A DNA stretch of 64,000 nt from a virus (IMGVR_UViG_3300013121_000049:80253-144252); one strand, 5' to 3'; shown: positions 37,179-45,407, numbered from the stretch's first letter. Notes: generated by a model not told the origin, from the letters alone. A program made the numbers and translations.

Positions 37179-39101
37179 ATGCAAGTCCGCGCCCTCCCTG
37201 GGGGGCGCTACGCGGAGATTGTCGCGGAGTCCCCCCATACCGATTTACCCCTGCTGGACAGCTTTCTCGGCGGGCACAAACACCGTAGCCGGCCGTCCCG
37301 CCTGGTGAGCCGCGACAACCCGCTGGTCCTGAAGTCCGTCCTGCGCCGCCTGAAGCGGCACGTCAAGAACAAAGTCCGGATCCACCTGGACGCCGAAATC
37401 GCTCAGGACTACCTGGGAGAGCCCAAGCTCAAGCCGCTGCCCGCCGGGTTCCGCTACCACACGGCCCCGCTGGAGCACCAGGATATCGCCCTGCGTTACC
37501 TGTGGACGTATCCGCGATTCGGTCTGGGCCTGGACCCCGGTCTGGGAAAGACCAAGGTTGTCCTCGACTGGTTCGCCCTGCTGCAGGTCAAGAAGGCGCT
37601 GGTCATTTGCCCCAAGCCGCTGTTCTACGAATGGCTTCGCCAGGCCCCCCTGCACCGCCCCGACCTGAAGGTCCACGTCCTGTCTTCGGTCTCCTACCGG
37701 GATCTCATTGCAACCCGACAGGAGAAGCTGCAGAGCCCCGACCTGGACCGCGACACCCGTCGAAGGCTGGAGGCTGAACTGCGTACGCTGGAGCGTGAGC
37801 GCCAAGAGGAGAACGATCGGGTGCGGGACGCCCAGGTCATCGTGGCCAACTACGCCAAGCTCCTGCAGAACGAGACGTTCTTCACCAAGATGCCCTGGGA
37901 CGCCGTGGCCATCGACGAAGCCCTGGTCAAGAACCCCGACAGCGAACAGAGCCGCGTCATCCAGGCCATCTCCGACAAGGGCATGCCGATCACGCTGATG
38001 TCGGGCACCCTGATCAACAACGACGCCGGTGACTGCTTCTCGCCGATCCGCATCCTCGACCGATCTATCCTGGGTTCCAGCTTCTACGCCTTCAAGCAGC
38101 GGTACGCCGTCTATCGCCAGTTCGAAGACCCCGAGGGAAAGACCCGAAACCTGCTTGTCGGGTACAAGGATGTGGAGGAGATTCAGGACGCCCTGAATTC
38201 CGTCTTCCTGTTCATGCGCAAGGAGCAATGGCTCAAGGATTTGCCGCCCAAGATCTTCAAGGAGATCGAGGTCGAGCTGTCCGAGGACCAGAAGCGCGTC
38301 TACAAGCTGCTGAAGGAAAACTACGCCGCCCGGCTGCTCAACGACGAATGGGTGGAAGCGGATAACCCCATGGTGCTGGCCGGCAAGCTGGCCCAGATAT
38401 CGTCGGGGTTCATCTACTACGGCTCCCCGGAAGACGAGCTTCGCGACCTGGGGCTGGTCAGCCTGGCTACCTTGCTGCAAGGGAAAAAGGGCAAGGACGG
38501 CGCCAAATCCAAACGGGTCAAGAAGCCGCGCTTCACCTTCAAGTTTGCCGAGAATCCGAAAATCGATGCCGCCATGGCGTTACTAACCGGTGAACTGGCA
38601 AAGAAGAAGGTCGTGCTCTGGTACAACTTCGGCGCCGAGGAAGAAATGCTGGCGGCGGCCCTGCGGCAGCGCGGCATCACCTACCGCACGATCAACGGCG
38701 AGACCAAGGACTCCGGCAAGCTGATCGCCGAGTTCAACACCACGGAGAACGTGCAGGTCCTGATGTGCCAGGCCAAGGCGGTCAACTACGGCATCACGCT
38801 GCTCGGCCGCAACATCGACGACTGCGAGTACGAACCCGAGCTGAGTCCGGAAGTGTACACCCACGTTTTCTACAGCCTGAATTACAGCCTGGAAGTCTTC
38901 CTGCAGCAGCAGGACCGAAGCCACCGCATCGGTATGACTCACAGCCCTACCTATTACATCCTCAGAGGAAAGACCATGATCGAGCGTGCGATCTACCGCC
39001 GCCTGCTGGCCCGCATGGAGGTCCGCGAGGCCTTCGTCCGCGACACCCTGCGCCCGCCCCCTTCCAAGGAGCCGGTCATCGCCGGTCTGGGAGACGACTG
39101 A
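37179..39101 (+). CDS. SNF2-family (DEAD/DEAH-like) helicase
   Basis: Motif I LGLDPGLGKTKVVL. A DExx-type motif II (AIDEALVKN). A C-terminal helicase domain (VLWYNFGAEEEMLAAAL...QQQDRSHRIGM). Confidence 0.85.
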   Translation: MQVRALPGGRYAEIVAESPHTDLPLLDSFLGGHKHRSRPSRLVSRDNPLVLKSVLRRLKRHVKNKVRIHLDAEIAQDYLGEPKLKPLPAGFRYHTAPLEHQDIALRYLWTYPRFGLGLDPGLGKTKVVLDWFALLQVKKALVICPKPLFYEWLRQAPLHRPDLKVHVLSSVSYRDLIATRQEKLQSPDLDRDTRRRLEAELRTLERERQEENDRVRDAQVIVANYAKLLQNETFFTKMPWDAVAIDEALVKNPDSEQSRVIQAISDKGMPITLMSGTLINNDAGDCFSPIRILDRSILGSSFYAFKQRYAVYRQFEDPEGKTRNLLVGYKDVEEIQDALNSVFLFMRKEQWLKDLPPKIFKEIEVELSEDQKRVYKLLKENYAARLLNDEWVEADNPMVLAGKLAQISSGFIYYGSPEDELRDLGLVSLATLLQGKKGKDGAKSKRVKKPRFTFKFAENPKIDAAMALLTGELAKKKVVLWYNFGAEEEMLAAALRQRGITYRTINGETKDSGKLIAEFNTTENVQVLMCQAKAVNYGITLLGRNIDDCEYEPELSPEVYTHVFYSLNYSLEVFLQQQDRSHRIGMTHSPTYYILRGKTMIERAIYRRLLARMEVREAFVRDTLRPPPSKEPVIAGLGDD

Positions 39102-39103
39102 CC

Positions 39104-40675
39104 ATGTGGACCCGTCAGCAAATCACCGAGAACTTCCCGCTGGAAGGCCGGGCGCCGCGCTTCTCACAGGTCGTCACCGTGGAGGCCATCCTCGACAGCT
39201 TCATGAACCGGGGTAAGCGTTTCGTCATCCTGCAGTCCCCCGTGGGTTCCGGGAAATCGGCCATCGCCATGTCGCTGGCCAAGTACTTCGGCAGCAGCCA
39301 CGTCCTTACGCCGCGCAAGCCCCTGCAGGACCAGTACTTCAGCGACTTCCAGCACATGGCGGTCACCATGAAGGGCCGGTCCTCCTACCCTTGCGTCTAC
39401 CTGGACAACAGCGAGTACGAGCTGATCCGCAAGTTCATCTTGCGCGGGGAGTCGCCACCGGCGTTCATCACCGAGCGCAACTGCGCCCAGGGTCGCTGCA
39501 GCAACGGCAACAAGGAAGTCTACGAGGCCTGCTCCCGGCGCCAGCAATGCCCTTACTCCCTGGCCATGGGCGTTGCCCAGCAGAGCAACCACATCCTCCA
39601 CAACTTTCACTCGTTCATCTTTCAGGCCTATATGGGCGACAAGTTCGACAAGCGCCCCCTGATGGTCATTGACGAAGCCCACCGCCTGCGAAACACGCTG
39701 CCGGACTTCCTTAGCCGCCAGGTTTTCGCCCGCGGCATCCGGGGAGACTCCAAGACGCCGGCGGACGGCGCTCCGATTGACGAATGGTGCGACTGGTTCA
39801 GCCAGGAGGAATTCGTCCACAAGTACAGCACCAAGGTCGACCGGGAAGACTACCTGGACCGTATCGCCTCGCTGCGCATGGGCATGCGCGGCCGGGAATA
39901 CGTCATCGAGCGCAAGGTGCTGGACGCAGGCACGCGATTCACTTTCCGCCCGCTGTACCTGGGGCAGATTGCCGAGGAGTTTCTCTTCCAGTTCGCCGAC
40001 AAGATCCTGCTGATGTCCGGCACGATCTACAGCAAGGACGCCTTCTGCGACCGGCTGGGCATTGACCCAGAGGAAGCCGACTTCCTCGACGTCGACTCCT
40101 CCTTCCCGGTGAAGATCCGCCCGGTCATCGTCAAGCCCGACTACCTGGTGCCGACGTCCCACAAGGACAAAGACATGCGGAGGATCCGCGATGTCGTGAA
40201 GACGATCCTCGACCGGGCTCCGGACAAGAAGGGCCTGATTCACGTCCCCAGCTACGAGTTCGGCCGCGAGCTGATCTCGGCCATGCCCGACGAGCCGCGC
40301 CTGCTTGGCCACGCCTCGGACAACACGCAGGAAACGCTCGACAAGTTCTTCCAGAGCGATCAGGCGCTGGTGCTGGTTTCCCCGGTTTGCACGGAAGGCG
40401 TGGACTTCAAGGACGACCGCGCGCGCTTCCAGATCGTCTGCCGGGTGCCCTATCCGAATGTCGGCGATCCCTGGGTGAAGGCGCACATGGAGCGTAGCCG
40501 CAACTGGTTCAACCTGGAGGCACTGACCGTGTTCGGCCAGATGCTGGGCCGCGTCAATCGCCATGACGACGACTACGGGGTTACCGTGCTCATCGACGAA
40601 CGCTTCCCCGACTTCATCCGGCGCAACAAGCACTTGATCCCGGAATGGCAATACAAGGCGTTCATTTTCCGCTGA
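39104..40675 (+). CDS. XPD/Rad3/DinG-family Fe-S helicase
   Basis: Walker A SPVGSGKS. DEAH box VIDEAHRL. A four-Cys Fe-S cluster (C...C..C...C between CVYLD and QQCPY). The start is trimmed to the ATG at 39104. Confidence 0.85.
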   Translation: MWTRQQITENFPLEGRAPRFSQVVTVEAILDSFMNRGKRFVILQSPVGSGKSAIAMSLAKYFGSSHVLTPRKPLQDQYFSDFQHMAVTMKGRSSYPCVYLDNSEYELIRKFILRGESPPAFITERNCAQGRCSNGNKEVYEACSRRQQCPYSLAMGVAQQSNHILHNFHSFIFQAYMGDKFDKRPLMVIDEAHRLRNTLPDFLSRQVFARGIRGDSKTPADGAPIDEWCDWFSQEEFVHKYSTKVDREDYLDRIASLRMGMRGREYVIERKVLDAGTRFTFRPLYLGQIAEEFLFQFADKILLMSGTIYSKDAFCDRLGIDPEEADFLDVDSSFPVKIRPVIVKPDYLVPTSHKDKDMRRIRDVVKTILDRAPDKKGLIHVPSYEFGRELISAMPDEPRLLGHASDNTQETLDKFFQSDQALVLVSPVCTEGVDFKDDRARFQIVCRVPYPNVGDPWVKAHMERSRNWFNLEALTVFGQMLGRVNRHDDDYGVTVLIDERFPDFIRRNKHLIPEWQYKAFIFR

Positions 40676-40681
40676 CCGAAT

Positions 40682-40690
40682 TGGTATAAG
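40682..40690 (+). promoter_or_regulatory. promoter-like motif TGGTATAAG
   Basis: Lies 43 nt upstream of the ATG at 40733. A short GGGGAC-acttc-GTCCC hairpin follows. Confidence 0.45.
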
Positions 40691-40732
40691 GACAGTACCG
40701 GGGACACTTCGTCCCTTTCAAAGGAGAGTGCC

Positions 40733-41182
40733 ATGAGCATTACTGTTACCGCAAGCTTTGTGGAGACCCCGATCCTCCACGGCCTGCAGACCCTGCTAGC
40801 AGTGAATCACAGCCGCCGTCAGGCTTCTGTAGAGATCGGAGAATTCTTGACCGCAGCCTTCCCGGCAATCGCCGGGGCGGCTGCAAAAGAGTTCGACGTG
40901 GAAGAGTGCCAGCTCTTCCACGACGCAGCCCGAGCCGTCGGCCCGGACGTGGCGCAAGCCATGTGCGTCAAGCTGGACGCCATGCCCCCGAGCATGGTGA
41001 TACCGCATGCGGTTGCTTTCCTCCAGCGCGAGCTGGCGGCAAGCGACTGTGATGAGACCCTGCTCCTGAAAGGGGCGAGCCTCATTGATCGGGGCCTCCG
41101 TGCCAAGGCAGGGATCCTGCCCTGCGCGGAAGGCGCGGTGCACGGCATCCGCGCCGTGCGCCGCCTGCTGGAGGCCGCATGA
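40733..41182 (+). CDS. hypothetical protein (149 aa)
   Basis: ORF with an AAAGGAGAG ribosome-binding site. Confidence 0.55.
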   Translation: MSITVTASFVETPILHGLQTLLAVNHSRRQASVEIGEFLTAAFPAIAGAAAKEFDVEECQLFHDAARAVGPDVAQAMCVKLDAMPPSMVIPHAVAFLQRELAASDCDETLLLKGASLIDRGLRAKAGILPCAEGAVHGIRAVRRLLEAA

Positions 41183-41235
41183 ATTGGCCGGATGAAGACG
41201 ACGACGAGGCCCTAGACCTCGATGTCGTCTTCTGA
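41179..41235 (+). CDS. small acidic peptide (18 aa) MNWPDEDDDEALDLDVVF
   Basis: ATGA overlap with the upstream gene. A terminator follows. A paralogue lies at 43070..43147; it differs by synonymous changes (AAT/AAC, CCG/CCC, CTA/TTA), which indicates selection at the protein level. Confidence 0.35.
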   Translation: MNWPDEDDDEALDLDVVF

Positions 41236-41247
41236 CTCCCTCAATTC

Positions 41248-41271
41248 AGCCCGCCATGTGCGGGCTTTTTT
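41248..41271 (+). terminator. intrinsic terminator (AGCCCGC-catgt-GCGGGCT followed by TTTTT)
   Basis: A 7 bp GC stem followed by a T-tract. Confidence 0.7.
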
Positions 41272-41282
41272 AGCCCGAACAC

Positions 41283-41291
41283 GGGTATAAG
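41283..41291 (+). promoter_or_regulatory. promoter-like motif GGGTATAAG
   Basis: Lies directly after the terminator. It heads a 545 nt non-coding stretch before the ATG at 41834. Confidence 0.45.
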
Positions 41292-41812
41292 AAGCTAGAC
41301 ACCGAACTTTACCCCAGGCGGGGTACGGCGTGTCATGGCAAGGCCGGGCTCGGCACGGTCCGGCGGGGCTTGCAGAGGTTTGGCGAGGTGCGGCGTGGCA
41401 AGGACTTCTCACTGGGCTCGGCGAGTTCAGTGAGAAGTCCTTGAGGAAGGGTTTGGCTTGATCTGGTCAGGTTGGGCTGGGCGGGGTGTTGCTTGGAAAG
41501 GCAAGCCTGGGCTCGGCGAGGCAAGGCTAGGAGAGGCAAGGCGAGCCGGGGAATGGCAAAGCTTGGCAAGGCGTGGCAAGGCCCGGCATGGCGGGGCTCG
41601 GATAGGCACGGCATGGCTGGGTTAGGTACGGATTGGCATGGCGAGGGTTTCTCGCTGGGCTCGACGAGTTCAGCGAGAAACCCTTGGTGACTAGCACTAA
41701 TGATTATCTTCAATGGCGAGGTTCGGTCAGGTTTGGACAGGACGGGCTGGGTAAGGTAAGGCATGGCAAGGGCTTCGCCCGGAGCGGGAAACCACTCCGG
41801 GTTTTTCTTTTT
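41292..41812 (+). ncRNA. candidate structured non-coding RNA or long leader: GGCAAGGC/GGGCTCGGC-type short repeats, two covarying hairpins, and a 3' intrinsic terminator
   Basis: Hairpin 1, 41403-41439: GACTTCTCACTG-ggctcggcgagtt-CAGTGAGAAGTC. Hairpin 2, 41645-41683: GGGTTTCTCGCTG-ggctcgacgagtt-CAGCGAGAAACCC. The loops are near-identical and the stems differ but stay complementary. The terminator CCCGGAG...CTCCGGG plus TTTTTCTTTTT lies at 41778-41812. Confidence 0.4.
41778..41812 (+). terminator. intrinsic terminator or attenuator immediately upstream of the ribosome-binding site for gene 41834
   Basis: A 7 bp stem (CCCGGAG / CTCCGGG) followed by a T-tract. Confidence 0.6.
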
Positions 41813-41833
41813 CACACACAAAAGGAGGTCAGC

Positions 41834-42454
41834 ATGGCTGGCAAGAAGAAAGACGTGGTGGGCGATCCCACCAATGGCGGTGAAGAAAGCATTCTGGCTT
41901 CTGCGCCCTACACAGTTCGAGTTCAAATTACTGGAAGTGCGAAGTTTCTGTTTCACAGATGGAACTGCGAAAGCATTGAAGCCAAAGCAGCTGCGGCCAA
42001 GAACAGCGCCGCTAAGAGGACTGACGATACCGCGTCTTACGTTTACCGTGACGACGACGGCAATCTGTGCATCCCCGGCGAGTATCTGCGGCAGGCGATC
42101 ATTGCCGCCGCCAAGTACCGTCAGGATCCGCGCAGTCCGCGCAAGTCCATGATGGACATCACGAAGGCCGGCATCGTCAGCCTGACCGACTTGGCCAGCT
42201 TGGGTGTTCAGGATTGGGACTTCCTGGACAAGCGCCGGGTGGTCGTGCAACGCGCGGGCATCAACAGGACTCGGCCCGCCATGAACGCCGGGTGGTCAGC
42301 CGAGTTCGACTTGATGGTCGGACTTCCCGAATATTTCACTCCTGCACTGGTCAATGATCTGCTGGTAGACGCTGGCCGCCTGATCGGCATCGGCGACTTC
42401 CGGCCGACGTTTGGCCGATTCAACGTAACCCATTTTGAGGTGCTGACGAAATGA
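41834..42454 (+). CDS. hypothetical protein (206 aa)
   Basis: ORF 41633..42454, trimmed to the ATG at 41834 after an AAAGGAGG ribosome-binding site. The upstream part of the listed ORF is the repeat region. Confidence 0.6.
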   Translation: MAGKKKDVVGDPTNGGEESILASAPYTVRVQITGSAKFLFHRWNCESIEAKAAAAKNSAAKRTDDTASYVYRDDDGNLCIPGEYLRQAIIAAAKYRQDPRSPRKSMMDITKAGIVSLTDLASLGVQDWDFLDKRRVVVQRAGINRTRPAMNAGWSAEFDLMVGLPEYFTPALVNDLLVDAGRLIGIGDFRPTFGRFNVTHFEVLTK

Positions 42455-43086
42455 CCGCTCCCGCTTACTTCGCCCACACTTTGGGCGAATACAAGCTGCC
42501 CGCAGACGCGGCAGCCAAGCTCCACTCCGCCCCACGAGACCTGGGGAAGTTCATGCCGGTAGTCCTGGACTTGTGCGGGGAAGCCGCTGAATGGGCTACC
42601 ACCGCCCTGCTACACGTTCTCTCCGAGCTGCCGGATAAACTGGCAAAAGAGGTCGGCGTGACGGTTTCCATGGACGACCTCAAGACGTTCAACGCCGGCT
42701 TCCTGCTGTCCACCATCGAGCAGGAAATCCCCCGCGTGCAGGACTTCGGAGGAAAGGATGCCCGGGAAATCTCCTTGGACGACCTGGCCAGCGTCCTGCG
42801 GTTCACGGCGCTGCAGTCCAAGACAATGCTCCTGCACGAGGAACTCCTCGGCAAGACCATGCTGGACGACAGCGTCCACCCCGTGAAACGCTTGGCGGCG
42901 ATGACGCAGTTCAAGGAAGTTGGGGAAATGGCGGTCAAAGAATTCCTGAAGACGGTGCGGTGGTGCGACGTTCTGGCAGACCGCGCCAATCGCTCCGGAT
43001 TCGTCCGGGATACTCTGGAAGCTTTGCTGATCGAGAGCCTGGTAATGCCGCCCGGCGAGGAGGACAACCATGCAAGCGCACATTAA
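42451..43086 (+). CDS. hypothetical protein (211 aa)
   Basis: ORF with an ATGA overlap with the previous gene. Confidence 0.6.
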   Translation: MTAPAYFAHTLGEYKLPADAAAKLHSAPRDLGKFMPVVLDLCGEAAEWATTALLHVLSELPDKLAKEVGVTVSMDDLKTFNAGFLLSTIEQEIPRVQDFGGKDAREISLDDLASVLRFTALQSKTMLLHEELLGKTMLDDSVHPVKRLAAMTQFKEVGEMAVKEFLKTVRWCDVLADRANRSGFVRDTLEALLIESLVMPPGEEDNHASAH

Positions 43087-43147
43087 CTGGCCCCCGGAGC
43101 CCGAGGATAACGAGGATGACTCGTTAGACCTCGATGTCGTGGGCTGA
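43070..43147 (+). CDS. small acidic peptide (25 aa) MQAHINWPPEPEDNEDDSLDLDVVG
   Basis: Paralogue of the 41179 peptide. It overlaps the end of gene 42451..43086 in another frame. It is also antisense to the last 24 nt of the sigma factor gene. A terminator follows. Confidence 0.3.
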   Translation: MQAHINWPPEPEDNEDDSLDLDVVG

Positions 43148-44032
43148 CTCAACGACGGCCTCCTCCGGGAGGCCTTTTTTTACATAGAATTGCCGGATCT
43201 TGCGCATGGCCGCAGTCTGCAGACGACGGACCTCGGACACCGTGCACCCCATATCCTGAGACAGCTGACTGATACTCTGCTTGGCCGCGCCGGCCAGCTC
43301 GAACATCGCCGAAATGACGCGCCACTCCCGAGAGGAAAGCATGGCCTGCAGGCGCCCGCACAAGAGGTCGTCATCCATGCTCTGGATGAGGTCATCTGAG
43401 AAGTCGGCCACCGTGAGGGGGGCCAGGGTAATGTCTGATCGCGCAACGGCGTCATCAATGTCGGCAGAGGAGTGGCGAGAGGAGTGTGAAGACAGGATGC
43501 CGCGGAGGATGTCATCGATGTAGACGGTGACGTACAGGGTCTTTCGCAAGTTGGCGATGATCTCCGTACTGGTGGATGGCGCGCACCGCTGCTGAAGCTC
43601 GACATCCGTGATCCTGGGTTCCTTGGCCAGGATGTCGCGTATCTTCACGGCAAGCTGCTGCTGCCACACGGGGAGCTTGACCAGCCTGAGCTTCTGCTGC
43701 GTCCGCCACTGGCACTGGTTTACCCACCACCCGGCGTAGGTCAGGAACTTGTGCCCGCGCTTGTAGTCGAACCGCGACAGGGCGATACACAGACCTTCGT
43801 TCCCCGCCGCCACCAGTTCTTCGAACTCATAGGCACCCAGTTTACGAGCACGCAGCTTGGCCTGCTTGGCGACAAACATGATGCACGACCGGACGATCTT
43901 GTCGCGGGCCGCATCCTTTTTCCAGCGCGGCGCTTCCGGATCCTCCAGTGTGGCGAACAGAGACTGCTCCTCCTCCCGGCTCAAGGGCTTTTGTTTTGAA
44001 ACCAGGGTGAAATAGGAGGATATTGGATCCAC
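43124..44032 (-). CDS. sigma-70 family RNA polymerase sigma factor (302 aa)
   Basis: Region 2: IMFVAKQAKLRARKLGAYEFEELVAAGNEGLCIALSRFDYKRGHKFLTYAGWWVNQCQWRT, which has the FSTYATWWIRQAI-type pattern. Region 4: SSREWRVISAMFELAGAAKQSISQLSQDMGCTVSEVRRLQTAAMRKIR. The start is a GTG with a weak ribosome-binding site, so it is uncertain. Confidence 0.85.
   Translation of the reverse strand: MDPISSYFTLVSKQKPLSREEEQSLFATLEDPEAPRWKKDAARDKIVRSCIMFVAKQAKLRARKLGAYEFEELVAAGNEGLCIALSRFDYKRGHKFLTYAGWWVNQCQWRTQQKLRLVKLPVWQQQLAVKIRDILAKEPRITDVELQQRCAPSTSTEIIANLRKTLYVTVYIDDILRGILSSHSSRHSSADIDDAVARSDITLAPLTVADFSDDLIQSMDDDLLCGRLQAMLSSREWRVISAMFELAGAAKQSISQLSQDMGCTVSEVRRLQTAAMRKIRQFYVKKGLPEEAVVESAHDIEV
43157..43181 (+). 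terminator. intrinsic terminator (GGCCTCC-tccg-GGAGGCC followed by TTTTTTT), located inside the 3' coding region of the convergent sigma gene
   Basis: A 7 bp stem followed by a T7 tract. On the opposite strand the same bases encode ...KKGLPEEAVV of the sigma factor. Confidence 0.65.
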
Positions 44033-44096
44033 GTTTCTAATTGCCGTGTTCGCCGATCCGATCTAGCATATAGAGGCGATAACCTGGAGTAAATCC

Positions 44097-44312
44097 ATGC
44101 GCCTCAAGATAGAAAAACACCCGACCGAAAATAAGGGTCGAATCACCGTTGTTGCCGACAGCGACGACGAAAAAGTCAAACTGGACCTGCTGTTCCAGGC
44201 CCTGATGACCACCGCCCGCAAACAGGGCGAAATGACCTCCACCAATTCGTTCTCCGTACTGTTCGAGACCTCTCCCGAATGGAAGAACCCGGAAGGCGGG
44301 AGGCGGCCATGA
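44097..44312 (+). CDS. hypothetical protein (71 aa)
   Basis: ORF with a GGAG ribosome-binding site. Confidence 0.45.
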   Translation: MRLKIEKHPTENKGRITVVADSDDEKVKLDLLFQALMTTARKQGEMTSTNSFSVLFETSPEWKNPEGGRRP

Positions 44313-44725
44313 CAAACCTGCTTGCCCTCCTGGGGTTGCTGAGCGACGACATGCCGCCTGAGGCCAAGATCGCCATCGTGGCGCATGAAGTCAACCGCCT
44401 CTACTGCAAGGCGCAGCACATGGCCATACCCCCTGCCTGGATGGATCTTTCCGACAACCTGAAGAACAGCGCCATCATGGGCGTCCGCCTTCGCTTGGAG
44501 GACGGCGGCAAAGCCGATGCCGAGTTCTTTCACGGCGAGTGGATGAAAGCCAGGTTGGCGGACGGCTGGACCCTGGGGGACACCGTGGACCACCAAGCCA
44601 AGACGCACCCCTGCCTGCGTCCTTACAGCGAACTGCCGGAAGCCCAGCGTCGCAAGGATCTCATTTTTGACGCCGCCGTTCGCCTCGGCGCCCTGATTTT
44701 TCAGCCGGCGCAATCGCCGGTATAA
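44309..44725 (+). CDS. RyR (ryanodine-receptor) domain protein (138 aa)
   Basis: The sequence HEVNRLYCKAQ...FFHGEWMKARLADGWTLGDTVDHQAKTHPCLRPYSELPEAQRRKDL matches the phage RyR domain signature. The start is trimmed to the ATG that forms an ATGA overlap. Confidence 0.6.
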   Translation: MTNLLALLGLLSDDMPPEAKIAIVAHEVNRLYCKAQHMAIPPAWMDLSDNLKNSAIMGVRLRLEDGGKADAEFFHGEWMKARLADGWTLGDTVDHQAKTHPCLRPYSELPEAQRRKDLIFDAAVRLGALIFQPAQSPV

Positions 44726-44726
44726 G
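44717..44726 (+). promoter_or_regulatory. promoter-like motif CCGGTATAAG, overlapping the stop codon of the upstream gene
   Basis: Lies 17 nt upstream of the ATG at 44743. Confidence 0.35.
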
Positions 44727-44742
44727 CCTCTCGGAGACCACC

Positions 44743-45135
44743 ATGACCATTACCCGTGAAGACTTGGCCGCTATCATCGCCGAGCGCGTTGACACCCATG
44801 TATCTCAAACCGTGGGGGAAGCCCACCACTACCCCACCCTCGACCAGACCGGCCGCATTATCCCCACCAACGGAGTGGACTCCCTGAAGAATCTGATTGC
44901 ACAAGGTCTTCAGCAAAGCGTACAGCCGATCTTCAATATCACCTCAGAGCAAGGCACCTGGGCGCCTGCCTCCGACCTGATCTCCGAGGATCCTCCTGCC
45001 GTGGTCGGCTTACCCTGCACCAAGATTACCGGCAAAATCATCCTTTTCACTACCCAGGAAGAGTTGGACGCCTTCAAGGCCGGGCTTCTGGAAGACCTGT
45101 ACAACGCCCTGCAGGAGCCACAACCTGCTGGCTAA
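44743..45135 (+). CDS. hypothetical protein (130 aa)
   Basis: ORF with a GGAGAC ribosome-binding site. Confidence 0.55.
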   Translation: MTITREDLAAIIAERVDTHVSQTVGEAHHYPTLDQTGRIIPTNGVDSLKNLIAQGLQQSVQPIFNITSEQGTWAPASDLISEDPPAVVGLPCTKITGKIILFTTQEELDAFKAGLLEDLYNALQEPQPAG

Positions 45136-45151
45136 CCCCACCCTCTCTTAC

Positions 45152-45175
45152 AAGCGCCTTCGGGCGCTTTTTTTT
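45152..45175 (+). terminator. intrinsic terminator (AAGCGCC-ttcg-GGCGCTT followed by TTTTTTT)
   Basis: Stem-loop plus a T8 tract, immediately followed by the GGAGA ribosome-binding site of the next gene. Confidence 0.7.
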
Positions 45176-45185
45176 GGAGAAACAC

Positions 45186-45407
45186 ATGGCAACAGATATC
45201 AAGACAACGGCGCGATCCGTCGAGGTTACCCCCAGCGGTTTCCGCGAAGTGGAGGCTACCCTGTCAGGGGTAGACGCCGGCAGCGTGCTCGACCACTTTT
45301 CCGCAAGCGAGGTCATAAAGCACTTTGGCACAGAAGCCATCCTGAATGAGATCGGGATGAGTGAGTGCGTTGATCACTTCAACCTCACCCTTGCCGACGA
45401 CGACTGA
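45186..45407 (+). CDS. hypothetical acidic protein (73 aa)
   Basis: ORF 45174..45407, trimmed to the ATG at 45186. Confidence 0.5.
   Translation: MATDIKTTARSVEVTPSGFREVEATLSGVDAGSVLDHFSASEVIKHFGTEAILNEIGMSECVDHFNLTLADDD

Noticed and set aside
41212-41412. 66 aa minus-strand ORF ending ...EDDIEV, the mirror of the acidic peptide
   Set aside because: Arg-rich, it spans a terminator and a promoter motif. The ...DIEV ending arises from the near-palindromic GACCTCGATGTCGTC. The plus-strand peptide reading is favoured by the synonymous-substitution pattern between the two paralogues.
41333-42250. 305 aa minus-strand ORF across the repeat region and gene 41834
   Set aside because: Its translation is dominated by repeats (PALP/LAKP-like) and it runs antisense through a well-supported plus-strand gene and a terminator. 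The region is better explained as a non-coding repeat or hairpin region.
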